Source: Candidatus Poribacteria bacterium
Lineage (GTDB): Bacteria; Poribacteria; WGA-4E; WGA-3G
Assembly: GCA_965261115.1 (NCBI GenBank)
Contig: OZ253447.1
Location: 3,845,287-3,909,286, forward strand
DNA: 64,000 nt
Direction of reading: 5' to 3'
Shown here piece by piece: positions 1-8,695 of the stretch. Position 1 is the stretch's first letter. Every line of letters begins with the position of its first letter. Both the position numbers and the translations under genes were made by a program. The notes beneath the pieces are model-generated. The model was given only the letters and a program-made list of their open reading frames with translations. It was not told the origin of the DNA and made no database searches.

Positions 1-157
1 GCTCCGTTTAGCTACAGATGACTCGATGTACCTGATTCACCTCAGAACTGGCGACACACAAAAAACCGCTGTTACTGATCTCCTTTAGATGTTGTTGATT
101 GCCAAAAACGGGTGATGAATACAATTACCTTTCAGAGAAAGGAGTAAGATTAAAGAA

Positions 158-937
158 ATGAAAACGGAATCACAACGGACGCTGAATCTACTTTTACCGA
201 AAGGTAGTCTACAAGCAGATACCCTTGAAATGTTTCAGCGTGCCGGTTACGAACTCAACGGTTATACTGCAACCGACCGGTCTTATCGAGCAACCTTTCG
301 CAACGATGGCGAATTTCAAATCAAGATTTCACGTCCACAAGAGATACCGGTCTATGTCGGTATGGATGATTTCTATGATTTAGGGATTACCGGTCAAGAT
401 TGGGTTGAAGAGACCGATTCAGACGTTGAAGAAATTTTGCCTTTGGAATATGGACACATTGATATCATCCTCGCTGTTCGTGAAGAACGAGAAGATATCA
501 ATACATTTGAGGATTTGATGAACCTCGCTGATGGAGACATCCTCATCTCTACCGAATATTTGAATATCGCCGAGAAATACATCCTTAAAAAGACGGAAAA
601 TAAGGTCGCACCGGCGATCCTAACACCGTGGAAACGACTCAACACCGCCGGCTCTTACCAGTCACCCATCAGACTCATGCTGTCTTTTGGGGCAACCGAG
701 GGGAAACCGCCAGAGGAAGCCGATGCGATCATTGACAATTCGACGGCATCACGGCGGACAATCAAGGCAAATTCGCTCAAGGAGATTGAACGCTTACGCG
801 AATCCGAATCGACGCTCATCGCGAATCCGAAGGCACTCAAAGACGCTTGGAAACAGGAAAAGATTGAAGAATTCAAGCAGACACTTCAGAAAGGTTTGCG
901 GAGACGGCGGAGTCAAGCACTTCCCGGACACATTTAA
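158..937 (+). CDS. hisG: ATP phosphoribosyltransferase (HisG-like)
   Basis: N-terminus LNLLLPKGSLQADTLEMFQRAGY, ITGQDWVEE and ADAIIDNSTASRRTIKANSL resemble the HisG catalytic and PRPP-binding segments. It lies 16 nt upstream of hisS. At 259 aa it is between the short and long HisG forms. Confidence 0.7.
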   Translation: MKTESQRTLNLLLPKGSLQADTLEMFQRAGYELNGYTATDRSYRATFRNDGEFQIKISRPQEIPVYVGMDDFYDLGITGQDWVEETDSDVEEILPLEYGHIDIILAVREEREDINTFEDLMNLADGDILISTEYLNIAEKYILKKTENKVAPAILTPWKRLNTAGSYQSPIRLMLSFGATEGKPPEEADAIIDNSTASRRTIKANSLKEIERLRESESTLIANPKALKDAWKQEKIEEFKQTLQKGLRRRRSQALPGHI

Positions 938-953
938 TTAAGGAGCAAAACTC

Positions 954-2288
954 ATGGCAACCCCCTTCATTAAACCGCGCGTCCCGCGCGGGATGCGAGA
1001 CATTTTACCTGAACAGATGATTCGCAGGCAGTACGTCATAGATGTGATTCGCGAGGTATTTGAGGAATTCGGTTTTGAACCGTTACAGACACCCGCTCTC
1101 GAATTATCCGAAGTACTCACAGGCAAATACGGACCGGATGCGGAAAAACTTATTTATCAGGCAGGACACGTCGGTGGAAAAGAGGACATCTCCCTCCGTT
1201 ATGATCTTTCGGTCCCCCTCTGTCGGCTTATTGCGATGTACCCGCAGCTGCCGAAACCGTTTAAGCGATACCAGATTGATCCGGTGTGGCGAGCGGAGCG
1301 TCCACAAAAGGGACGCTATCGCCAATTCTTCCAGTGCGATGCGGATACAGTCGGCAGCGAGAGTATGCTTGCCGATGCTGAAAACGTCACGCTCATCTAT
1401 CAGGTACTAACGCGTCTCGGTTTCAAGCAATTCGAGATTAACATCAACGACCGGAAACTTATCACTGGCATTGGGCAATTTGCTGGCGTACCTACTGAGC
1501 AACTCGGCGGACTGTACCGTTCTATTGATAAATTGGATAAGATAGGGTTAGCAGGTGTCAGAGCAGAATTAGCCGAAAACCAGATTCCAGAGCCAGTTAT
1601 TGAGAAACTCCTTGCGTTGCTTGAGGTTGAAGGTGATGCAGCGACGGTCTTGAGTGCGCTTAGTGAACAACTTGGCAACTCTGAAGTCGCACGGGAGGGT
1701 ATCGCGGAATTGGAGGCACTGATCGGTTATCTCACAGCGCTTGGTGTGCCTGATGAATTCTACAAAGTGAATGTCTCGATGGTGCGTGGCTTGGAATATT
1801 ACACAGGTCCGATTTATGAGACGGTTGTCGAAGAACTGAAAATCGGAAGCATCACCGGTGGTGGAAGATACGATGAACTCATCGGAAGTTTCAGTAAACA
1901 GGGGTATCCAGCAACGGGTACCAGTTTTGGTATTGAGCGGATTATTGATATGATGGAAGAATTCGACATGTTTCCAGTCGCAGTCGGAAAGACAGTAACA
2001 CAGGTGTTAGTCACTGTTTTCGATGCCGATCTCGCGCAGGAATCCTTGAAAGTAGCGGCACTTCTGCGCCAAAGTGGTATTCGTACAGAGGTTTACTCCC
2101 GTCCGGCACGCATGAGTGCACAGATAAAATATGCGGATACCAAGGGCATTCCGTATGCTGTCATTCTGGGTTCTGATGAAGTAGAGGCAGGGACAGTTGC
2201 AATCCGAGACCTTGCGAATAGAGAACAGCACGTTGTCTCACGCGGCGAACTTATTGGACAAATTAGGAAACTATCGGAATCGGATTAG
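954..2288 (+). CDS. hisS: histidine--tRNA ligase
   Basis: Class II aaRS motifs are present: RGMRDILP, LRYDLSVP, ERPQKGRYRQFFQCD (motif 2), GGGRYDEL and GTSFGIERI (motif 3). A C-terminal anticodon-binding domain follows (VLVTVF...IPYAVILGSDEVEAGTVAIRDL). Confidence 0.88.
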   Translation: MATPFIKPRVPRGMRDILPEQMIRRQYVIDVIREVFEEFGFEPLQTPALELSEVLTGKYGPDAEKLIYQAGHVGGKEDISLRYDLSVPLCRLIAMYPQLPKPFKRYQIDPVWRAERPQKGRYRQFFQCDADTVGSESMLADAENVTLIYQVLTRLGFKQFEININDRKLITGIGQFAGVPTEQLGGLYRSIDKLDKIGLAGVRAELAENQIPEPVIEKLLALLEVEGDAATVLSALSEQLGNSEVAREGIAELEALIGYLTALGVPDEFYKVNVSMVRGLEYYTGPIYETVVEELKIGSITGGGRYDELIGSFSKQGYPATGTSFGIERIIDMMEEFDMFPVAVGKTVTQVLVTVFDADLAQESLKVAALLRQSGIRTEVYSRPARMSAQIKYADTKGIPYAVILGSDEVEAGTVAIRDLANREQHVVSRGELIGQIRKLSESD

Positions 2289-2334
2289 TTTATTCAAGTT
2301 AGCTGGGTGTGTAAGGTGTGGTTGTGATGTTTCG

Positions 2335-3963
2335 TTAAAGAGAGGAAGGCTTTTCTTGCATCACGGGAATGACATAACTTCGGATTGTAAAACCGTCCAA
2401 CGTCTCTGTCTCTACGCGAGATTCAGGATCCGTGCGGTGATCAAATACGATGTAGTATCCCTCCACTACATCCTCTAACTTGAGATAGGTTGCCAATTGT
2501 GCTTTGCCTGACTGATAGCGGCGTTCGCCTTCCCAAATCTTCGTTTCAACGATGTATTTCCGTCCGTTGTGCAAGATAAGCAGGTCAATTCTACCGCGTC
2601 CGGTTTGTACTTCAAGATACATACCACCGCCTACAACTCGGACAAACTGGTCAAGATAGGTATATAGGAGATATTGCCCGACAAATTCTTGCGGTGTATC
2701 GGGAACTTGCAAGATTCGGTACCCCGCGCGTGCGATGAAATCTTGAAAATTATCAAGGAATGCCTCCATCTCAAGTGTCCCGTCGGGTGTGAGATAATCA
2801 ATAAAGTCAACACCGGCATCTTGGGAGAAATATTCCCCTTCAAGTCCGTTAATCAAGGGTTGAAACGCCTGTATGATACATTGCTGATAAATTGGATTAA
2901 CAATCTCACACATACCGTCAGTACCTTTTGCAATAACACCATAAGTAGCGAGTTCGCTGATAATTTCATTACGAAGTGTGAATTGAACACCTCGGTCATA
3001 AGAGGCAATCCTCATCAAAACGCTTTCAAAACGAGTGTCTCTATTGATATTGGTTATCAGGTGCGTCAAGTTAGCGTTATTTTCCTGGAGGAGAAGCGCG
3101 TGTGCTTTTGCAAAGTGCACCATAGTAATTGTCTCAGTTTTTGGAATTTCCAATTCTTCGGTGAGAATCTGCGCAAAACGGTTGACGAGGAAAGGTTGAC
3201 CTGCAGTCTGCCTATGAAGTGTTTCAATAACTTCCGGCGCGAAGGCTTGTCCAACTTCATCCGTGTATTGCGTAAGCAATTCTTGGACCTGTTGTCGGGT
3301 GAAGTTGTATAGGTGGAATTCATCTTGTATATTGAAGGGTGAAACGGATCTATCGTAATTGAGTTGCTCAATACTTTTTACCCCGACGATACCGACGCTG
3401 TGCGGACATCGCTCCTCATCGGAGAGATAGATAGCGCGAAGTGTGTGAAGAAAATCACTTAAAACATCCTGAGGGATGCCATCAAACTCATCTATGATGA
3501 GGACAACTCTCTGCTCGCTATATTCGGTGTCTAAAAAACTTGTAAATTCCTCAAAGAACTCCATCATCGAAATGTGATTCGTGAGTTTCGTGCTATCTAA
3601 GAATCGCGTGAAGGCATCAGCAGGGACGTGTCCACGTTCTTGGAAAACCTGCTCAATTTCCTTGCGAACCCGTTTATAGAAAGCATCGTAAAAATCGGGT
3701 GGGGAGAGATTTTGATACGCTTCAAAATTGAGTTGAATTGGGAAATAGGTCGATGAGGCAGCTATGAGTGCATCAAGTGCTAACCGGAAGAATGTGGTCT
3801 TCCCGGTCTGTCGGGGTGCAAAGAGAACGATGTACCGACCCTCTTCAATACGCGTGATGAAATCGGCAATTTCTTCAGTCCGTGAGACAATATAGTGCCG
3901 ACCAGGATACACACGACCTTGGGTTCCGAAACGTCTCATTTTTTTCCTCGTTTCCCTTAACAT
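2335..3963 (-). CDS. AAA-ATPase-like protein with C-terminal PD-(D/E)XK nuclease-like domain
   Basis: Walker A (APRQTGKTTF) and Walker B-like (VVLIIDEFD) motifs. The C-terminus GRIDLLILHNGRKYIVETKIWEG matches the D...E-x-K restriction-endonuclease-fold pattern. The architecture resembles the 'predicted AAA-ATPase + PDDEXK' family. Confidence 0.6.
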   Translation of the reverse strand: MLRETRKKMRRFGTQGRVYPGRHYIVSRTEEIADFITRIEEGRYIVLFAPRQTGKTTFFRLALDALIAASSTYFPIQLNFEAYQNLSPPDFYDAFYKRVRKEIEQVFQERGHVPADAFTRFLDSTKLTNHISMMEFFEEFTSFLDTEYSEQRVVLIIDEFDGIPQDVLSDFLHTLRAIYLSDEERCPHSVGIVGVKSIEQLNYDRSVSPFNIQDEFHLYNFTRQQVQELLTQYTDEVGQAFAPEVIETLHRQTAGQPFLVNRFAQILTEELEIPKTETITMVHFAKAHALLLQENNANLTHLITNINRDTRFESVLMRIASYDRGVQFTLRNEIISELATYGVIAKGTDGMCEIVNPIYQQCIIQAFQPLINGLEGEYFSQDAGVDFIDYLTPDGTLEMEAFLDNFQDFIARAGYRILQVPDTPQEFVGQYLLYTYLDQFVRVVGGGMYLEVQTGRGRIDLLILHNGRKYIVETKIWEGERRYQSGKAQLATYLKLEDVVEGYYIVFDHRTDPESRVETETLDGFTIRSYVIPVMQEKPSSL

Positions 3964-4090
3964 TCTTAGCCATTTATTGTATCATATCATTTTATGGAAA
4001 TCCATATCTAATTTCTAATTTAAGCATACGACATGTTCTGATATTTTCTATTTCAGATTCGGCAAAATACATAACAGGAGACGCTGTAAA

Positions 4091-5290
4091 ATGCAAAATA
4101 ACGCCTTCCGCTTTTTGAACCGTCCTAATTTCACCCGCTATATCATTTTGCTCTGTTGCATTATTCAGGTTATACAGTTGACAAGTGCGGGGTGCAGTCA
4201 TACTAAGCCATATTACCATCCCGATGTCCCTGATATTGAAAGACGCGGGCGTGAAACAGAAGGCGTACTCCGTTACCGACTTTTACTACTGGGTGATGGT
4301 GGGGCACCGAAACCGAATGAACCTGTCCTGAAAACCCTCGGCGAATGGGCACGAAAGGACGCTGCGAAAACGAGTATTGTTTTTTTAGGGGACAATATGT
4401 ACCCTGAAGGGATGACAGAACGTCGAAAACATGAAGCAGCGGAACGACTCGTTCCACAACTCTCTGTTGTCAAAGATGCGGGTGTCCATGGACTCTTTAT
4501 CCCCGGAAACCACGATTGGGCAAGTAGTGGTTCGGAAGGACATAGCGCGCTCCTCGCGCAAGAAAAGTTTATCAATGATGCGCTTGCTGGTGAATCGAAT
4601 TTCCTACCGTCTGGAGGTTCACCGGGTCCCGTTGTCCTTGAGCTGCCGAAAGTTAATCCTGTCGTACGACTTATCGTTCTTGATACGCAGTGGTGGCTTC
4701 ACCAATATGAAAAACCAGAGAAATCACCGGAAACAGTTATAGAAGAACTGATAGCACTATTGGATACGGAATTGCCAGTCGTTGTTGTCGGACATCATCC
4801 ATTGCAAAGTTACGGTCCACACGGCGGCTTCTTTGACTGGAAGGCACATTTTTTTGCTGCCAGAGTTATAAAAAAATGGCTCTGGATTCCAACCCCGATC
4901 CTCGGTTCAGCGTATCCGTATGCAAGGGGACACGTTTACAAACTTGACCAAGATATGGGCAGCACGCGTAATAAGAATATGGTGGCGCAGCTGAAGCGAG
5001 CATTTTCTACGCGAAAGTCACCACCACAAGGGACACCGCTTTTGATCTATGTTTCAGGACATGAACATTCGCTACAAGTCCTAAAAGGTGAGATTGCTGA
5101 TTATCTCCTCGTCAGCGGGGCTGCCGCGAGTCGAAAAGTAACAGAAGTGTCGTCTGGCGAAAACACTTTGTTTGCGCATCAGCATACGGGTTTCATGGCG
5201 GTGGATTTTTTGGGCGGTGGGAAAGTCTTGTTGCGCGTAGTTGAACCTGAAGGTAAAAGTGTTGTCTTCCACCGATGGTTGATTTTTTAG
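4091..5290 (+). CDS. calcineurin-like metallophosphoesterase lipoprotein
   Basis: Lipobox LTSAGC. Metallophosphoesterase motifs appear in order: LLLGDGG, FLGDNMY, IPGNHDW, VVGHHP, SGHEHS. Confidence 0.75.
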   Translation: MQNNAFRFLNRPNFTRYIILLCCIIQVIQLTSAGCSHTKPYYHPDVPDIERRGRETEGVLRYRLLLLGDGGAPKPNEPVLKTLGEWARKDAAKTSIVFLGDNMYPEGMTERRKHEAAERLVPQLSVVKDAGVHGLFIPGNHDWASSGSEGHSALLAQEKFINDALAGESNFLPSGGSPGPVVLELPKVNPVVRLIVLDTQWWLHQYEKPEKSPETVIEELIALLDTELPVVVVGHHPLQSYGPHGGFFDWKAHFFAARVIKKWLWIPTPILGSAYPYARGHVYKLDQDMGSTRNKNMVAQLKRAFSTRKSPPQGTPLLIYVSGHEHSLQVLKGEIADYLLVSGAAASRKVTEVSSGENTLFAHQHTGFMAVDFLGGGKVLLRVVEPEGKSVVFHRWLIF

Positions 5291-5454
5291 GGCTTTAACG
5301 TGAGTTCGATAAACGAGAACTCTGTCAAAGTGACCGTCTACCGCAAGCTGACGCCCCAAATCAGATGATATAGGAACCTTACCACATATTTACTTCAAAT
5401 TTGTCGGTAAAAACGATTTGTGATTACAACTCCTCTGGATAACAAGTTAAGAGT

Positions 5455-6234
5455 CTACATCCCCTCGCCATTCAAATATTTGAGTGGACTTTCGACGATG
5501 TAATCCCCTGAATCCTCAAGGAATTGTTGAACGAGGAAAACATGCCCGGCACCGATCATCAACAGTACTCGATCATCGTCGGATTCGGTGATGCGTGTCA
5601 AGTTCACAAAGATTTTGAGATTTCTTTCGTACCAGCCCAATAACGAATCCAGTCCGACATATTGATCCGCTACACCAATTTGGGCGAGTGTGAACTGCGG
5701 CAGCGTGTTAATCTCATGTAAAACACGAAGGGTCTCTTCCCGATTGAGAAAGCGGAGCATGTCAATTACACTCCCAGTTTTTTGGATCTCCGTGAGGGTA
5801 GTAAGAGGTTCTTGTGCCATAGCTTGAACCATCGCGTCGGCTTTCTCCAATAATCCGCTTTGGTTATGAGTCTTTGCAAAAACTTCAACATCCACCGTTT
5901 CTTCCTCATCTGCCTTCTGAAACCAGTCAACGCAATAAATTTTCGGATGTTGCATCTTTCGCGCCAGAGGAAAACTGACTTGGTCACCTTCACTTCGCCC
6001 CGGCTGATATACACTATTTAGGTAATTTTGGTACTCTGTGTTGACTTCAGCGTCAAGACTGGTATCTGCCTCAACGGCTATCTTGGTGGGATTAAATCGC
6101 GCGAGCTGTTCAATGAGCTGCTGAAGTTCGCGCTGTCTTTTAGCGGTTAGCACGTCATCTGCTTCAAAGTTGACAGCATCGGCTTCTGGGTTGTCCATGT
6201 GATAGGTGCCGAGAATCATGACTGTGGGTTTCAT
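5455..6234 (-). CDS. hypothetical protein (DUF5694 / TraB-GumN-like suspected)
   Basis: 274-aa ORF. The likely start is the internal MKPTVMILGTYHMDNP. The pattern ILGT(Y/F)H...KRQ.EL..L...L..F.PTKIAVE is recalled from a conserved unknown-function family. No catalytic assignment is possible. Confidence 0.4.
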   Translation of the reverse strand: MKPTVMILGTYHMDNPEADAVNFEADDVLTAKRQRELQQLIEQLARFNPTKIAVEADTSLDAEVNTEYQNYLNSVYQPGRSEGDQVSFPLARKMQHPKIYCVDWFQKADEEETVDVEVFAKTHNQSGLLEKADAMVQAMAQEPLTTLTEIQKTGSVIDMLRFLNREETLRVLHEINTLPQFTLAQIGVADQYVGLDSLLGWYERNLKIFVNLTRITESDDDRVLLMIGAGHVFLVQQFLEDSGDYIVESPLKYLNGEGM

Positions 6235-6498
6235 GTGCGTGTTTCTCCGTTCTACACTGAGAAACTTTCCTCGTTTCAAGGTCTCGGTGTCTCAGTGCGT
6301 TCCTGATTATATAATACTAACTCTGATTGACGGTTTCTCTTAGAACGTCTACTATTTTTTGTTATGCCAGGTGCCTTCAAAAAAACTTTCGAGAATGCCC
6401 TACAAGCCCCTTGCAAAAGATGCTCCGCTATAGTAACCCTACCGAAAAAATATAGAGCCTTTTAACGGGTTTATAAGTGACAATTTAGGTTACTTCAA

Positions 6499-6540
6499 TA
6501 TACACACATCGTAACATGCACATGTTACGATGTGTGTATA
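6499..6540. repeat. perfect 42-bp palindrome (20-bp arms, 2-nt centre)
   Basis: TATACACACATCGTAACATG-CA-CATGTTACGATGTGTGTATA was read directly. A second 6-bp hairpin (CAGGAC...GTCCTG) follows at about 6544-6563. The palindrome lies just downstream of the stop of the minus-strand gene 6566..6925. Confidence 0.9.
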
Positions 6541-6565
6541 CGGACAGGACAAAGGTATGTCCTGC

Positions 6566-6925
6566 CTACGCTTTGCTTTTCTGAGTTTTGGAATTCTGAC
6601 GGGCGTACTTTAAAAATTCCATATTCCGTAGATGCGGCTCAACCTCTTCCAATTCAAACCGAATTTCCTGTAGGTCTCCAACAACCTGTTTTAAATCTGA
6701 GTCCACCTGATGGTAAATCTGCTGCGCGGTTTTCGGTTCGTATCCTGATTTTTTCAGGTAATACGATGTCGCCACCCAGACACATGCGATAATCGTGATT
6801 GTTGTCGCGCCGACGGCTATCGTCACGATAGTCGTAATTGCAGTGGCAGCCTGAAGCACAAATAAGAATACCAGTCCAAGAAAAATCAGGAGTAGTAGCA
6901 TCAACATACCAGTTTCCTCCTTCAT
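6566..6925 (-). CDS. small membrane protein with C-terminal coiled coil
   Basis: The N-terminal hydrophobic stretch (about 2 TM) ends in YYLKKSG and is followed by a charged heptad-like tail. It is a paralog of the upstream 86-aa ORF. Its start overlaps that ORF's stop by 4 nt. Confidence 0.5.
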   Translation of the reverse strand: MKEETGMLMLLLLIFLGLVFLFVLQAATAITTIVTIAVGATTITIIACVWVATSYYLKKSGYEPKTAQQIYHQVDSDLKQVVGDLQEIRFELEEVEPHLRNMEFLKYARQNSKTQKSKA

Positions 6926-7182
6926 GCATCTTTGCCTTTGGCGATTCGGATGAGTCGTTGCACTTCCTCTTTAAGGACAACGACCTCTTCTTGAACGTCT
7001 TTCACTTTTTGCTGCAGTGCCGCCATGTCGCTTTGCGATGCGCCTTTCGTTAACCCGTTTTTCTTTTTAAAGTAAGATAGACTCAACCAGAGGCATCCGA
7101 GTGTTGTTACTGAAATACTCGCAAATATAATAGCGACGATGAGTGTGATTTGTTCCATTTTTAATTCCTCCAATTTTTTCAA
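6922..7182 (-). CDS. small single-pass membrane protein with C-terminal coiled coil
   Basis: The TM segment ITLIVAIIFASISVTTLGCLWLSLSYF is followed by KKKNG and the coiled-coil-like DMAALQQKVKDVQEEVVVLKEEVQRLIRIAKG. It has the same architecture as 6566..6925. Confidence 0.5.
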   Translation of the reverse strand: MKKLEELKMEQITLIVAIIFASISVTTLGCLWLSLSYFKKKNGLTKGASQSDMAALQQKVKDVQEEVVVLKEEVQRLIRIAKGKDA

Positions 7183-7303
7183 AAAATTGTGATGTTACCT
7201 CATTAGAGTCTGCAAGACACAAAAGGATAGTGAAAAATGGGAGTCAAATTTCTGTATTGCCTGTATCACTGGAAACTATAGCAAAACCTATGATTGCTTA
7301 CAC

Positions 7304-7336
7304 ATAAAAAAACTGGCGGAGCTATAAACTCCGCCA
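7304..7336 (-). terminator. rho-independent terminator of the recombinase gene
   Basis: 9-bp stem CTGGCGGAG / CTCCGCCAG with a 7-nt loop. On the minus strand it is followed by a T-run (A-run 7304-7311 on the plus strand). It lies 67 nt downstream of the integrase stop. Confidence 0.7.
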
Positions 7337-7402
7337 GCGAAGACAGGAACGATTGTTTGCCTAAAGGTCGGCATATTTTATTTTCCCATAGTCTCGCCCA
7401 TT

Positions 7403-8182
7403 TTACCGATAAAGGTCTTTTTCGATTGATGGGTGTTTTTCTGTGGAAGGTTGAAAAGGTTGTTCTGATTTGTCTTCCTGAAGCAAGCGAGCCACGTCGT
7501 AGCCTCTACGGAGCAGTTCAATGAGAAGTTCGTCATCTGCAGCATCATTGACCGAACTTAACGTTTTCGTACTTACGTTAAGTTCAGAATGGATTGACAT
7601 CGCCTCCGATGCGTCCCGAACGCTGGCGTAATTTACCCCCAGATATCGCTGTGTTGTCACCACGCTTTTATGCCCTAACATCTCTTGCACGGCATAAATG
7701 TCGTTCGTTTGTTCATAAAGACGCTGTGCGTAAGACTTCCGCAGGGAATGCGTGCCGAGTTTTCCATTTAAACCTGCCGCTTCAAACGCCTCTTTTAGGG
7801 GATTGTGCGCTGCTATCCTCGTCATCGACTTTGAGCCTTGTCCTTTCCGGGACGGAAACAACGGGCGCTTAGGATCAAGGTCTCCATATATCTCGGTATG
7901 CCAAGCAATGAGATCTTCAATTGCCTGCCTACCGTCTACATTTACAGGCACAGCTCTTGATACCTCGCCACCCTTTACAATGTTCCGATCAAACAGTAAA
8001 TCCTTGACAGGCTTGTTATTCTGCCAGACATCCTCCACTTTCAAGGCGATCAACTCGCTAATCCGTGCCCCGACGGATACACCTAACATAAACAGACTCC
8101 GATTCCGAATGGCAAACGTACCACTAAAAGCCTCCGATACTTTTCGGATCTCGGCATTATCTAAAGGTCTTGTGCCTTTCAT
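7403..8182 (-). CDS. tyrosine recombinase / phage-integrase-family protein (catalytic domain only)
   Basis: Motifs GARISELIAL, HSLRKSYAQRLY and LGHKSVVTTQRYL give the R...H-x-x-R...H...Y signature. No N-terminal SAM-like DNA-binding domain is present. An acidic C-terminal tail follows. Confidence 0.8.
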   Translation of the reverse strand: MKGTRPLDNAEIRKVSEAFSGTFAIRNRSLFMLGVSVGARISELIALKVEDVWQNNKPVKDLLFDRNIVKGGEVSRAVPVNVDGRQAIEDLIAWHTEIYGDLDPKRPLFPSRKGQGSKSMTRIAAHNPLKEAFEAAGLNGKLGTHSLRKSYAQRLYEQTNDIYAVQEMLGHKSVVTTQRYLGVNYASVRDASEAMSIHSELNVSTKTLSSVNDAADDELLIELLRRGYDVARLLQEDKSEQPFQPSTEKHPSIEKDLYR

Positions 8183-8314
8183 ATAGAAAACTCCTTTGTT
8201 ATGATTGATACATATACTTAATAATACGGAATAAAAACGCTGCCGGTTTCCTAGGTAGTGTTTACATTGTATAAGTTATTGACATTTTGCTTAGGTTTTG
8301 GTAGCCTCTCAGGT

Positions 8315-8695
8315 ATGAAAACTGCACATATAGAAACCACTGAAAACCTACCTATGATGATTTCTGATGCTGCCTGGAAGAGCATCCACCCGTTTCTGAA
8401 AACGTTGCCCAACGTCTATGTCGGTAATCCTGAAGACTGTAGACGATTTCTCTCAGCAGTCGTCTGGATGACGAAAGAAGGTGCGTCTTGGCGCGCTCTT
8501 CCGAAAGTCTACGGGTATTGGAACACAACTTACCGGCGATTCGGTAGATGGTGCGATGCGGGTGTTTTTGAAAAACTCCATGAACATTTCCATGCTGCGG
8601 GTGAAGTCTCTGCGCTCCTGATTGATTCGACGGTTGTGCGTGCTCATACTTCTGCAGCGGGTGCCCCGAAAAAAAAACGGAGGTCAAGTCAATGA
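8315..8695 (+). CDS. IS5-family transposase, N-terminal part (OrfA)
   Basis: MISDAAWKSIHPFLK...CRRFLSAVVWMTKEGASWRALP..YG.W.T.YRRF.RW...GVF is the DUF4096-type N-terminal domain of IS5/IS427 transposases. The ORF ends shortly after the A9 run at 8669-8677. Confidence 0.75.
   Translation: MKTAHIETTENLPMMISDAAWKSIHPFLKTLPNVYVGNPEDCRRFLSAVVWMTKEGASWRALPKVYGYWNTTYRRFGRWCDAGVFEKLHEHFHAAGEVSALLIDSTVVRAHTSAAGAPKKKRRSSQ

Noticed and set aside
954-2288. Calling the gene after hisG the regulatory paralog hisZ
   Set aside because: All HisRS catalytic motifs (motif 2, GGGRYD, motif 3) and a C-terminal anticodon-binding domain are present, so it is annotated as hisS.
2674-3312. 212-aa plus-strand ORF inside the AAA-ATPase/nuclease gene, with similar shadow ORFs at 19990..20628, 15335..15952, 38978..39520, 41726..42340 and 33016..33549
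   Set aside because: All are embedded antisense or out of frame in longer ORFs that have family motifs. None has an independent signature.
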